64,000 bases of DNA, from NCBI GenBank assembly GCA_033442325.1, contig JAWQFM010000026.1, positions 290,249 to 354,248 of the forward strand. The letters are read 5' to 3'. Made by a program: the position numbers and the translations under genes. Positions 1 through 20,541 of the stretch are shown here, piece by piece (the stretch's first letter is position 1; each line of letters begins with the position of its first letter). The notes below the pieces were generated by a model, which was given only the letters and a program-made list of their open reading frames with translations, was not told the DNA's origin and did not search any database. Source of the stretch: Salpingoeca rosetta (lineage: Eukaryota; Protista; Choanoflagellata).

Positions 1-199
1 GTTTGCTGGAGGTGGTTATTGCGCATGTTGTTGCTGCTCCTTCCAGTGATCCTGCTGTTGTTCTTGCTGCTGCTGTTGTTCTTGCTGCCGCTGTGAGCTG
101 TGTGTGCCCGTGAAAGTGGCGTCTTCCCCGAGCACGTGCACGTCCAGCATCTCGCCCAACAACAAGGCTGCTCCACAACGCAGGCACACCACGTCGCAT
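1..199 (-). CDS. Probable 5' end of a gene continuing off the left edge; N-terminus resembles a mitochondrial presequence
   Basis: Minus-strand ATG at 199 opens a stop-free frame to position 1: MRRGVPALWSSLVVGRDAGRARARGRRHFHGHTQLTAAARTT.... It is Arg/Ala/Ser-rich with almost no acidic residues. No domain is visible. Confidence 0.35.
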   Translation of the reverse strand, partial: MRRGVPALWSSLVVGRDAGRARARGRRHFHGHTQLTAAARTTAAARTTAGSLEGAATTCAITTSSK

Positions 200-345
200 G
201 ATGGATGTGAAGGGGCTGTTGAGATGGCAGTTGTGTTTGTCTCTCGTCTCTTCTGTTGTCTTGTTTGTGTTCGTTCGTTGTGGTTGTGGAAATTTGCTGC
301 ATGTTTTCACATAAATTTGAACACTGTTGTGTCTGTCTGTGTGTG

Positions 346-429
<84 letters not shown>

Positions 430-641
430 CTTGGTGCTCTCTTGGTGCTCTCTGGTTGCTCTTCTGACGTGCAATGTCCATCGATTCTCGTTTATGGCAG
501 TCGTTTCAGTTGTGTATGGTGGCGGACAAGGACGAGAAGATGAGGGTAGGAGGATTCAGAGGTTTAAGACGAAGAGGAAGGTGTCTGTTTTGGCATGTGC
601 GCATGCGCACAGTCGCACAGTCGCGCACGGGTGCTTGTTGG

Positions 642-796
642 TTAGTGGTCAGCCTTGCTGACGGTGAAGTAGGCGTGCACGTAGTCCATGCCGTGGTCGG
701 TGGGCTTTTCGCTGATGCGCTCCGCATAGCGATCAAACAGCTCGTCCACCAGCTTGTCCCGCTCCTCCTCGCTGTTGGAGACATCCGGTGTTAGAG

Positions 797-850
<54 letters not shown>

Positions 851-1699
851 TTGGATCAGTGAATGAGGTCACAATATCCTCTTGTTCTCTTCTCTTAACA
901 TGTCTTACCTGCTCACCTTTCACTTCACACAGAAACACACACACACACACAATCGCCACACACACACACACACACAATCGCCACACACACACACACATGC
1001 ACACACACACACACATGCACACACACACACACACACACAATCGCGCACACACACACCTGTGCTTGGGTGAGAGGCCGCTGCGGAAGGTGCTGTTGCTCCA
1101 GGTGCGAGTGGTTGGCACAAAGGTGCGCGCATAGTCCTTCGGCTTGATTTTGCCTGCAAGCAAGCTCTGGCGGAACGGGCAGGGCGTCACCCGCGTCTCC
1201 AGCCGGTCCAGTGAAAGAGAGGAGAGCTCGGCATCTGCAGGAATACAAGAGCATGGAAGAAAGCGCACAGGCAGACAGAAAGGGATGAGTTGGCTGTGAG
1301 ATGGGGACGCATGGCGAATGCAACGTGCTCGCAGGGTTTGTGTTTGCGCATGTGTGTGTGTGTGTTTGCGCATGTGTGTGGTGCCTTGGGAAGGGGAGGG
1401 GGTTGCACTGGTTGTTGCGAGTGTCACCACACACCCTCGCTCCAATCCAGCCTCCAACCAGCCACCACCTCCAAACACACCACTAACCAACAAGCACACT
1501 CCCTGGTGCCAAGCCATACAGACCGTGGAAAACGGCGCGGTGCTCGTCCTCAGTCCGGTACTGGTGCGGGAAGTTGGTGTTGGCAACCTCCTTGTCCGTG
1601 ATGAGCCCTTCCCGTGCCATGCCACGCCAAATCTCATTGAAGTTGGTGTGCATGCAGCCTTCACACAGAGAATTGGGTGCGCGCGCGTGGGTTTGTGTT

Positions 1700-1772
<73 letters not shown>

Positions 1773-3720
1773 GCGCGTATGTGTGTGTGTGTGTGTGTGT
1801 ATGTGCAGAAGTGATGTGAGCTGTATGGGTGTGCAAAGGGGGAGGAAAGACAATAATGAAAAAGGGCACGAGTTTGAGGGGACCGCGTAAGGGCCGTGCA
1901 GCCGCAATGAAAGCCACCCCCCCCCTCTCTCTCTCTCTAACACAAAAAAACCCACCACGACTCACTTGGGGTCTTGTGCGTGTGGCCGAGGAACTGGCCG
2001 TCTGGATCTTTTGCAAAGTTCACGCACACAAACTGCGCACCCGCCTTCATCTCGTTCTTGCGGAGTTTGAAAATGTGCTTCAGGTCCTTGTGCGCCTGAT
2101 CCGAGTACATCTTCTTCGCGTGCGCTGCGGTTCGGGAGAGGGAGGGAGAGCGTGTGGGTGCATAGCGGGTGATGATGAGATGCAGCAAAGTCGTCGTCGC
2201 TGCCAGCGAACACGCATTGTGTGTGGCAAAGCAACGCAAGCACAAGCAAGCACTCAAGAACGAGAGCAACAGATGCCACCAGCCTCCAACGAACAGTTGT
2301 CGCGTTTCCTCTCACACGTCTCTACATCAGCTGGGTTCGTACCGTCCTGCGTGTAGGAGGAGTGGAGCGCATCTGGGATTGGGCAGGGCGCAGATGTCAG
2401 CCAGTGCATGGCCGTGGCAGCGTACCCAAAGTCAACGGTCGCATCCGGCGTCACCTGGATGATGGTGGGGTGGGTTGTCGTGAGTGTATTGTGTGATGAG
2501 TGTATTGTGTGATGAGTGTATGGTGTGGCTGGTGAGATTTGAGGTTGAGGGCGTGCAGCACCAACAGAGGGTGAGGTAAAGTACCTCAGGACCCAAACCC
2601 ATCAGCACGACCACCCACACGACTCACAAGCATCACTTCGTCATTGCTGAGCCACCTCATCCTTGTCTTCCTCTCCGCCATGTGAAGCGATGTACCTGCT
2701 GGTAGAACGAGGTGCCGGATGCCATGATGTACACGTTATCGTCCATGTCCAGCAGTGTCTCCATTGGCGTGTCATCCTCTGCATGAGCGCACAGGGAATA
2801 GGAGGAGTGAGGTGAGGAGAGGAGGCTCGTGCTGTTGGGTTTGGTTGTAAGACACATGACACGGTGATTGGCAGTGTACATGATGAGGTACAACAAGAAC
2901 GCATGAGCCATCCATGTGTTGTGTGTGTGACTTGCTTACGAGATGAAGCTGGCGTGGGGATGATGCCGTGCATGCGCTTGAAGAGGCTGTTGTAGTCGTT
3001 GACGGGCTGGTCCTCGTAGAGAAACACGACAGGGTCGCGGGGCAGCGACTCGCGCAGCTGGTGCAGCAGCTCTGTCAGGAGGGTACTGCCGTGAGAACGC
3101 GAACACCAAGGTAGGGCAGGACACGAAATCACACACACACACACATGGGCTTGCAGTAGGCACACTGGCCACAGCACGCGCATCGGTTGGGATGCAGCAG
3201 ACACACACACACACACACATTCACACATTCGCACACACACGCACACACATTCGCACACACACATACACACATTCACACACACACACGCACACACACACAT
3301 TCAAACGCACTGGCAAAGAGAGGCATGGATGTGCCGCCGTCGGCCGTGCCGTAATCGGCAATGGTGAAGGGCTTGCCGTCGTTGCGACGCTTGTACGCTT
3401 CAATGGCGTGGCCCATGGCTTCCTGGCACAGGTCGGTTGAGTTGCCAATCACATCAAAGCAGCCCTTTGTTGCCAGGGTGTAAAAACCTGCACAACCAAA
3501 CACAAGCATGTGGTGAGGAGCAACCAAGAAGGAAACCCGCAGCCGAGCACGAATAGACGAATGCCACCGCAGCCACGAAAGCACACACACACACACACAC
3601 ACACATGTGAAGCAGCCTCGCAGCATTACCTGTGCCTTCCTTTCCGTATGGAACATGTTTGCCTTCTTGTTCCTTGGTTGTCGCCCGACGCGTGCGAGAG
3701 CCGGAGCTTGAGCTCATCAT
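642..3720 (-). CDS. SAM-dependent methyltransferase, SABATH/Methyltransf_7 (carboxyl/N-methyltransferase)-like, about 9 exons
   Basis: Exons read FYTLATKGCFDVI..., motif I FTIADYGTADGGTS, LYEDQPVNDYNSLF, ASGTSFYQQ, VDFGYAATAMHWL, DQAHKDLKHIFKLRKNEMKAGAQF, NTNFPHQYRT, FVPTTRTWSNS and GMDYVHAYF, with stop TAA at 642-644. Motif order matches the SABATH fold. Confidence 0.88.
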
Positions 3721-4059
3721 CTTGGCAGACAGTGCTTGCTTGCTTGCTTGCTTGCTTGCTTGGTGATGGAGGAAATGGACCGGTCTCACCCGAACCGCAT
3801 TGAGCGGGCGAGCTGGCTGGAGGGTGAAGCAATAATCCTTCAGCACGCATCAAGCAACAAGCAGAGCGATGAAGCAAGTCAGCAAGCAAGAAGCAAGAAG
3901 CAAAGAAGCAAGAAGCGATCAATCATCACATCAACACATCATCATCAACCGCTGTGCGGCTGCAGTTTGTCGTGTCGAATGTTTGCCTCGAATGAGACCA
4001 AAAACACGGCAACTGTCCGCGCGTTTTGCTGGCTTCCTCTTCCGGCGCCACCAGTGGAT

Positions 4060-4682
4060 ATGGGTGTCGTTTTGGCAGTGGTGTTGCTGCTCACCATCTT
4101 GACCTTCTGCCCCACGCTGAAAGGTGAGGGCAAGGGGTTGCGACAAGTTGCGAGGGGTCAGCAACATGCTTGCTTGCTTGCTTCGGTGTGAAACCCTTGT
4201 ACATGAGAAGAGGCGATGACTGGAGGAATATGTGTGCTTGTTTCAAAACAAAACGCCGCTGTCCTGCTGTCCTTGTCAGCGTGATGTGATGTATGACAAG
4301 GACAATCACCTTGTTCTTCTCCCTTGTTGTCCGTCTGTTGTTTCACAGTGTCAGCGCAGTGCACAACAACCTGTGAAGCAGGAGAGAAGTGCGTCGGTTC
4401 AGATTGCGCCGAGTGTGACCCAGGTACAGCATCAACACAAAACATACAATATCGTGGTTTGAGGTGTTTGGGGTGACATTGCATCTTCTCGGCGCTTCCA
4501 AGTCCGGTCCCTAAAACAACTACACCCACCACTGCCCCCTTCTCACTATGTCGCTACACTGGGCGTGCGTGCTGGTTGCTTATTTCTGCTCAAGGCACAT
4601 TTCAAGATGCAAACGACCACATGCAGACCACGTGCAAGACATGCATGAACCTGAACGCCTACCAGCCAAACTCCGGTCAAGC

Positions 4683-4748
<66 letters not shown>

Positions 4749-5501
4749 TGTGCTGTGCTGTGCCACCCTGCGCTGAAAGCATAATTGCACTCACCCCCTC
4801 CCCGCACATACACTCACACATCTGAATACCGCTTCATGCTTGCAGGCTGCATTGAGTTTGCGTCATGTGGCCGAGGCAAGAAGTTTGTGACCGGCACAAC
4901 CACGACACCTTCCACATGTGTAAACTGCGATGCAGGTACACCACGAGTGTCCTGTCGGTGCATGCTCTCCTTAGCTCCTTTGGTGTGCCTGATTGCCAGA
5001 CATGCTGCATTACAGTCAGGATTGCTTCTGCATGCTATTCAGCGCCTTCACTTCATCTTCACTTCATTCAACCCATTCTCCCATTCCCCACCCATCTGCC
5101 TTGTTGTTGCATGCAGGCACATATCAGGATCAAAACGGTCATTTTGATCCAGACTGCAAACCGTGCACGGGAAACACGTTCACAGACCAGCCGGGACAAC
5201 AAGGTCTGTGTGTGGTGTGTGTCTGTGAATGTGTGAATGTGTGTGTGAATATGTGCTTTTGTGTGCGTGTGTGCGACTGTCCATCCGCACAGTTGCTCAC
5301 CTCGAGTGTTCATCCAGTGACTTTGCTTCCTTACGCTTCCTGCTCCTTCTTCTTACCCTCTCCGCCTCACCTCACCTCACCTCCCCACGTGTCCATGCAC
5401 GTTGACAGGCTGCTCGGCGTGGTCGTCGTGCAATCAGGGCCAGAAGTGGGCAGCGGGTTCAGCCGATGCAGACGCAACATGCTCAAGCTGCACTCCAGGT
5501 T

Positions 5502-5577
<76 letters not shown>

Positions 5578-6056
5578 CAGCACCATGGTATGCTTCATTG
5601 CTTGTCTTCATCTGCCATGGATGGCATGACATGTGCCCCTTGTCTTCACCATTATCACCACCACCACAACTCCTGCCAGGCACGTACCAAAATGAGTTCA
5701 GCCACCAGCACACATCGTGTAAGGGCTGTGGAGCTGGAACGTTCCAAAGCGGACACGGCGCCTCAGGTCAGCCACCCACACATGTGCACGTCTTTGCTGG
5801 TGATTTCCTCCACCTTGGCGTGTCGTTTCTTTGTGCAATCAACAAACGGAGCACCATTGTCTTCTCATTCGCGTGTGTGTATAAGTGTCTTTCGTGCACT
5901 CACTTGCTTCCACTGCCCCTTTTCTTGCGTCAAACAGGTTGCGACGACTGGAAGACATGTGGAAAAGGCAAAAAGTGGGCGACTGGAACGTCCACAACGG
6001 ATGCAACGTGCTCGCCTTGCGGATCATGTAAGCAGCAGGGATCAGGGGTCGAAGCG

Positions 6057-6154
<98 letters not shown>

Positions 6155-7651
6155 CAAAGGAGCTCCTTTGCCTGCACATGCTCTTCCCGTCCTCACTCAC
6201 TCCCTCCTCCCTCACTCACACTCATTCACCTCATGTGCAGTTGAGTTCCAGTCCAAGTCTTCGCACCAGGACACCTCGTGTACCTCGTGGTCCACGTGTG
6301 GGCCGGGGTATGAGGTGACCATCGAACCGACAGCCAGCAACGACCGCTTGTGTGCAATGTGCGATTACGGGCACTACCAGGATGACACAAACCAGATGGA
6401 CTGCAAGCCGTGTGATCCTGGCCAGCACCAAGACGAGCGCGGGCAAATTGAGTGCAAGGCGTGTGGTGCAGGCAAATACCAGGGCAGCTCTGGCCAAAAG
6501 GGTATGCGCAATGGATGTTCAGGCCCTTGCGTTTGCTCTGCCTTGTGTGCTGTACTGTTGGCGTGCGTGGGGCGGTGATGGTGGCACTGCATCTCAGCCC
6601 ATGCAACCATGGTTCTGCAAATACAATTACACACACACACACGTACACTAACAATGTCTCTCACGTGCTTTGGCTGTCGCGTGTCAACTATGTGCACGAC
6701 AGACTGCATTGCTTACAGCACGTGCGATCGAGGAGAGCGGTGGATCAGCGGAACGAAGACGAAGGACTCGTCGTGCAGGAGCTGCGATATCGGTGAGTTG
6801 GCTCGGTCATTGCGATGCTGGGACACAATGAACACATGTGCGGCATTTTCGAGGGTGGTGGTGCATAGTTGCTGTGACGCCGTGCAGCTGCTGCTCCACT
6901 CACTCTGATACACACCACACAACACACAACGCGATTGTTGCACGTCTGTGCCACCGCAGGCAAGTACCAGAACTTCCTCAACCACCAGCGCACATCGTGC
7001 AAGACGTGCCCTGATGGGAAGTACCAGCTGAACACGGGGCGTGGTAGCTGTCCAGACTGCACCACATGCGAGGACGGGTTCGAGGAGGTGCTGCCTTGCA
7101 CACCGACATCCGACCGCACATGCACAGGTACGGTGTTGTACATGGAAGGCATTGTTTGTGCAATGCCACGTGCATGGCCACATTTGGTTTGTTGGGAGCA
7201 CACAGATGAAGAGGACGTGTGACTGTGACTTGCGCCTGTCTGTCCTCCACTGCCGCCATCTGCCTTCATACCTGACTTGCACTCTCCACCACACAAACAC
7301 GCACACACACGGGATCATGCTGCAGAAAATGACCCGCCTACCATCGTGCTGCGGCGGCCAGACAACAACGCCGTCATCACAAACACGTACACGGTTGAGG
7401 CTGGGCTGCCTTTTGAGCCCCCAATCTTCACGGCAACAGACACGGCGGCCGGTACCGTCACAAAGACGCCACCACCCAACCTCGGCGATATTGACACGAG
7501 TGAGTGCGTGAATGCCGTGAATAGATGTGGTGCCCTTCTGGGTGCGGTTGATCACTCGCTTCTTGGTTTGCACTGCATCTTGTTGCATCCTGTTCTCACA
7601 CGGATCTCACCTCACACACACACACACACACAATGCACACACACACACAAT

Positions 7652-7702
<51 letters not shown>

Positions 7703-8078
7703 ACACACGCACAGGCACCGTGCGGTCTGACCAGATGCTGACGTACAAGGCGACGGATGCGAACATGAACACGGCAACACGCACCATCACCGTGGTAGTC
7801 GTGGACACGACAGGGCCCGCCATCACATTTGACCCTGCAGTGCTGCAGCTGGAGGCCGGGGAGGAGGTGATGCGCAGCAATTTCACGGCCGGCGTTTCCA
7901 TCGTGGACCGCGTGGACGGAACACTCGGCATCGACCTGCTGGAGTACGATGCCAGCGACGTGAAAGTGAACAAGCTGGGCATGTACGAGGTGGTGTACAC
8001 GCTGTCTGCATCCGACTCGAACAACAACGAAGCGCCACCCACCACACGCACAGCAGCCGTCGTCGACACCCTTCCACC

Positions 8079-8147
<69 letters not shown>

Positions 8148-11100
8148 GTGTGTGTGCGTATATATGTGTGTGCGTGTGCATGTGTGTGTGTACATGAGTG
8201 TGTTTCGGTTGTGTGCTTGCCTACCTTCGTGGACACTCACTTACCTCCTTGCCTCCGAGTCTCCTTGCCTCCGTTTCTCCTTGCCTCCCATTCAACTCCT
8301 TTATCTGTTCACTTCCTCACCAATCCCTGTCACACATTGCCAACCAATCATAGGTCATCACCATTGGTTTTGGCGACCGCGAAGTGTCGGAACACAACGT
8401 GGTTATCCACGAGGCGGCAACAGAGTTTATCTTCCCGAGCCAGTCTGCATTTGATACATTCGACACCGCTGTCAACGGCGGCGATGTGCGACGCAATGAA
8501 GAGCCGGTGCGTTGTCGCTCTTTTCCTGTATCTTCCTTGTCGCTATTGTGTCTTAACCACGTCATGCGCCATTCCATCGCTTCCATTTCTCCCACTTCTC
8601 ACTCCCCGTCTCACGCACCCTTTTCCCTTGACACTCACATTCCCCCCGACTTCCCTCCCCCAACACTCCCCCTGTTCGCAGACCTTCCACTCGGTTGTGG
8701 ACGATGGCACGCAGTTCACGTTCACGTACACGGCGACGGATGCATCGGGCAACACGGCGACGGTGGTGTATGTGATTGAGGTGCGGGACACGATTGCGCC
8801 AACCATCACCATCAATGGCGAGCACAACATCACGCACGAGGCCGGGACGGAATATGTCGATGCAGGAGCAACGGCAACGGACCTGCTGGAGGATGCGATT
8901 GGGCGCGGGGTGGAGGTGGTGGTCACCAATAACGTGTTGAGCAAGCCGCCGTCTGTGCCCGCGGTGTTCACGGTGGAGTACGACGCGTGCGACAAGGCCG
9001 GCAACTGTGCCAAGGCAACGCGCTCCGTGACCGTGCTGGACCGCACAGCCCCGAGCATCAAGCTCATTGGCGGCTCACCACTGGTCGTAGGAGCGGGAAG
9101 CAACTTCACCGACATCGACCCTGGCGTGACGCTGGCTGACCTGTACTACGACAACGCCGACCTGACGCTGGTGATTGACGAGGGAAGCTATTTGACCACA
9201 CCAACAACAGCTCCGGTCTCCTTCAACGTCACATACACGGTGGCAGACCCGTCCCGCAACACGGCCAGCGTCACGCGCACCATCACCATCATCGACACAA
9301 CGCCGCCAGACCTACGTGTCAACGGGAACCTGAGCGTGACGGTTGGCGACGGCGTGACGTGGGTTGAGCCGGGCATTGCACGTGCATATGACAACATCGA
9401 TGGTGATGTGCGATCGCGTGTGGTGGCGACGACGCAACTTGAGGAGGCCGGCGTTGTTGTTCCCACCATGTGTGCGTATTCATCTGCGCGCGAGTTTGTG
9501 CCGCCGCTGTCGCCGTGCGTGTGGTCTTCACCTCGAATGGACGCGGTGGAGTCGAGAGCGCCGAGCGGCACCGTGTACCGCATCAACTACACGGTGGCGG
9601 ACGCAGCGAGCAACGTGGCGTTTGTGGAGCGCGTGGTGCGGGTTGCAGACCCCTCGTCGCCTCTCCTCCGCGTCAATGGTCGTGGTGTCATGACGCTGGA
9701 GTTTAGTGACGATCGAGGCTCATTTGCCGATCCTGGAGCAACAGCTCTCGACGCCCACGACGGCGACCTGAGCGGGGACGTGTGCGTTGGCGTGAGCATT
9801 GTGACGCGCGACGCGAGCGGCGTTGTTGCGCCAGGCGACGTTGATGGTATTGGCGAAGCTGCCATCAACTATGTCCTCTCGCTTGCTCGCAACGCATCCA
9901 CAACAATAGCACCACCTCCCGCCACTTCCACCGCTTCCACAACTACGATGAACGCAGACACAAGCAACAGCAACAGCAGCAGCAGCACAGCGATAACGAC
10001 CACTGCAGCTGGGACGACAGCTGCGGACATGTTTGGGCTGGACGCTGCTGTGGCGTCGGCGGAGGTGGGCACGGTGTATGTGCTGCAGTACAGCGTGCAC
10101 GACCGGGCGGGCAACGCCGCTGTTGGTGTGCAGCGGGCGGTGGTGGTGGTGGACACGACGCCGCCCGAGGTGACGCTGTATGGCGCGGAGGAGGTGCACG
10201 TGCCGTATGCGACACGGTATGTGGAGGCCGGGTACAGCGCACAGGATGTGCACGACGGCAACATAACGTCGCAGGTGGTGGTGAGTGGGGCCGATGCGAT
10301 TGACGTGCACGTGGCGGGGACGAACGAGGTTGAGTACGCGGTGACGGATGCGAACGGCAATACGGGTGTCGCGGTGCGGACGGTGGTGGTTGACGGGTTG
10401 ACACGACCCGATGGTGTGAATACAGTGGTGAGGCTGGTGCTTGCAGGCACGGCGGAGTCCATCTTTGACGGCGACGTGCAGCAGCTGGAGCGCCTGCTGG
10501 AGGAGGCGCTGAATGTCGAGTTTGTGGTGGTGTTGAGCGTGGAGGATGGGCCGGCGGTTGTGCTGCGCCCTGAACAACGGCGCGTGATGACGACGGTGGT
10601 GCAGTTTGGCGTGCGCAATGCCACGTCCCTGGCGTGGGAGTCCAACACAGATGCGATTGGTACGCTCGAGAGCCGAGCATCTTTGGACAAGGCACGAATC
10701 GTTGACGTGCACAGCGCCAACCCTCAAATGCAGTCAGCGTCTTCTTCGTCGTCAAGTTCGTTGACTGTTCTGGCTGGCAGCGTTGCTGGCGGTCTTGTCC
10801 TCGCGGTACGTATGTGCGTGTGTGCGTGTGTGCGTGTGTGTGTGTGCCTACATTGCTAGCCTGTCTGCTGATGCACACGCCTTGATGCTGCCTCTTCATG
10901 TCACCATTAACCGTTTGTTCTCACGGTTTTGCGACTGCCCAATGCGACGCAGGTTCTGCTGGTTATCGCTGCTGTTGTGTGGCGGCGAAGGAAGCGGTCA
11001 CGAGCGGAACTTGCCATGGTGAGTAGCTCTCTGGCATACCTGTCGTGTCCCATTGGATGCCAGCCAAATACCAATCCAGATACGTTCTTCTCTCTTCAGT

Positions 11101-11305
11101 TGCTAATGTCACTTGCACTTTCTGTTCCTCCCGTGGATTGACTATCGTAGGTAAGCAACATCATCAATGCCACCAACCCCACATTCTCCCCTCACAGTGA
11201 GGACACTGGTAAGCATGCTGATGTGTGTGAACGTATGTTTTCTATCCGTGTGTGTGGGTGTAGGTGCTTGTGTGTGTGTGTGTGTGTGTGTGTGGGTGTA
11301 GGTGC

Positions 11306-11379
<74 letters not shown>

Positions 11380-12028
11380 CACTGAAGGAAGGTTTAGAAT
11401 CTGTATCATATTCCTATGAAGGTTCTGGGAATATCAGGCATGACTGAAGGGTGATGACGTTGAGGCTTCCATGCTCACACCTTCACACACTCGAATGCGC
11501 GCTTACACACGTCCACACACATATACCCACGTGAACACATCTCCAATCATGGACCCCCTCCCCCCTTAAGCAGGTGATGAAGTGCATGCGCAACATAAAT
11601 GGGATGCGGCGGTGTACGACGTATCTTCCCCTCAGTTTCATCATCAGCAGCAAGCCATGGGCAGCCAGGGCAGCGAGCTCAGCGATTCGGAACATGTGTA
11701 CGCCACGCCGTCACTGTTGCCAGAGGTGCCACGAAATCCACAGCAGCGTGGGCGTGTGCACTCTGTACATGCGTGGTCCACAGGGCTGTACGACATTGAA
11801 GAGGAAGAGGAGGAGGATGACGACGACGAAGACACCGTATCCCAGCCAGCAGGGCGTGGAGTGTCTGGCTCTGGTTCTGGCCGTGGGGATGTTGGTGCAC
11901 GTCGTGAAACGTTGTTTGCTCAGCGCATGCAGGCTGCCCGTGAACAGCAGCAGCGCCAACAAGCGCAGCCGACGTATGATGTGGTGGAAGCAATTGGGGC
12001 GCACACGGAGAAACACAGCGAAACTTAG
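4060..12028 (+). CDS. Type I single-pass receptor/adhesion protein: signal peptide, TNFR/GCC2_GCC3-like Cys-rich repeats, about 8 DUF5011/HYR-like Ig repeats, juxtamembrane domain, TM, Tyr-motif cytoplasmic tail without kinase
   Basis: Signal peptide MGVVLAVVLLLTILTFC at 4060. Repeated CxxCxxGxYQ/FQ exons at 4350-7130. Repeats begin D-T/R-x-x-P-x-I/L and carry Y-x-A/V-x-D-x-x-G/N-N at 7325-10400. TM LAGSVAGGLVLA|VLLVIAAVVW is followed by RRRKR. The tail has NPTF, YDVS, YATP, YDIE and YDVV; stop TAG at 12026-12028. Confidence 0.85.
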
Positions 12029-12978
12029 AGGGATGAATGAGTGCTACATTGAAGTTGTGACGTTGTGTTACCTGAGTCATGCGAGTCTGTTACATTGGTT
12101 CATTCCGCCTTTTAAAGTACATAAAGCTCGCGCTGCCACCTTCAGCTTTAGCTTTTGTGTTATGAAGGCGAGAGAGGCGAAAGAAAAGACAGCTGAAGAA
12201 GGATGTCATGTCAGAGGAAGACAGATTCAAGTAACGTCTGCGCAATAGCTCCCTTGATTGGCCATTCGATGTTGTTTGTGTTGCAGGCGATAGACCACTG
12301 GTTCACGAGCGCCTCTGTGTCTTGCTGCAGCTTTGTTTCGGCATTCCACAACACTTGATCGAAGGAAGAGAAGACCTCTTGCTGGAAGGAATAGACATCT
12401 GTTTGTCATGACCTGCAAGTCACACAGACACACACACACAGAGCAACCATTTGACTTTGAATTGCGTGGTTTATTGCCTGAAATGACAGCAGCATTGGCT
12501 CGCGCCAGGCGCTTTAACACATGCAAGACAATAACGGCGGTTTGAGAACGCAGGACGCACGTTGTGTATCAACAGCATGAACACAGCTATGTAATTCTTG
12601 GTTGTTGAGCATGCAGATGCAATTAGGGACAAGGCGAGCGAGAGGGTGGAAACAACGCAAAACAGCGAAGCAGGACGAGGGGAGGTGAAGTGCAGCTTGA
12701 CACACCGAATCCAGGAAAGGGCAACGACATGCCACCGATAACCAAAGATACTTCGAGGGCAGGGGATGTAGGGAACGTTTGTAACACACATGGACAGACA
12801 GACACACACACACAGAGACACAGACACACACAGACACAGAGCTGTACAGACACAGACACGTACACAGACACGTACACAGAGCAGACAGACAGACAGACAG
12901 ACAGACAGACACACAGAGCAGACAGACAGACAGACAGACACACACACACACACACACAGCACGCACGTGACGCGCCGC

Positions 12979-20184
<7,206 letters not shown>

Positions 20185-20474
20185 CCTCCTCGGCGGTACA
20201 CAAGCAAGATCTCACTGCCAGCAAGCAAGTAACCAACCCCACGCTCGCCAAATCCTGCCTGCAACAACAACCGGCAGTCACACTGATTTGATGACTGGTG
20301 GAAGGCAAAAGGAGAACCTGGCAGCACACGGCAGCACCACCACAGCCAACCAAGCACACGAGAACGAAGGCAGCCTCACCCACTTGGTTGGCAGTGCAAA
20401 GAGCAGCCAGCGGCACAGAGCAAGACGCAGGAGGGTGCAGCGTGTATTGATTGGTGGTGGTGTTTGGCTTTGTG

Positions 20475-20541
20475 TTTGAATTTGAGTTTGGCGGCGAAAT
20501 TTTGATTTGCGGCCTGAAATTGGCGGATTGTGTGTTTTGAA
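20475..20541. promoter_or_regulatory. E2F-like and CHR (TTTGAA) elements in the RB/ROCK divergent promoter
   Basis: TTTGAA at 20475-20480 and 20536-20541; TTTGGCGGCGAAA at 20487-20499 (overlapping two-strand E2F-like site); TTGGCGG at 20520-20526. Confidence 0.6.

Noticed and set aside
9720-10899. Long antisense ORFs (283-335 aa) opposite the Ig-repeat exon
   Set aside because: Expected shadow ORFs of a GC-rich coding exon; no recognisable domain.
12030-12978. Possible small gene between the receptor and RB 3' ends
   Set aside because: No convincing ORF or splice pattern; consistent with convergent 3' UTRs and (CAGA)n repeats.
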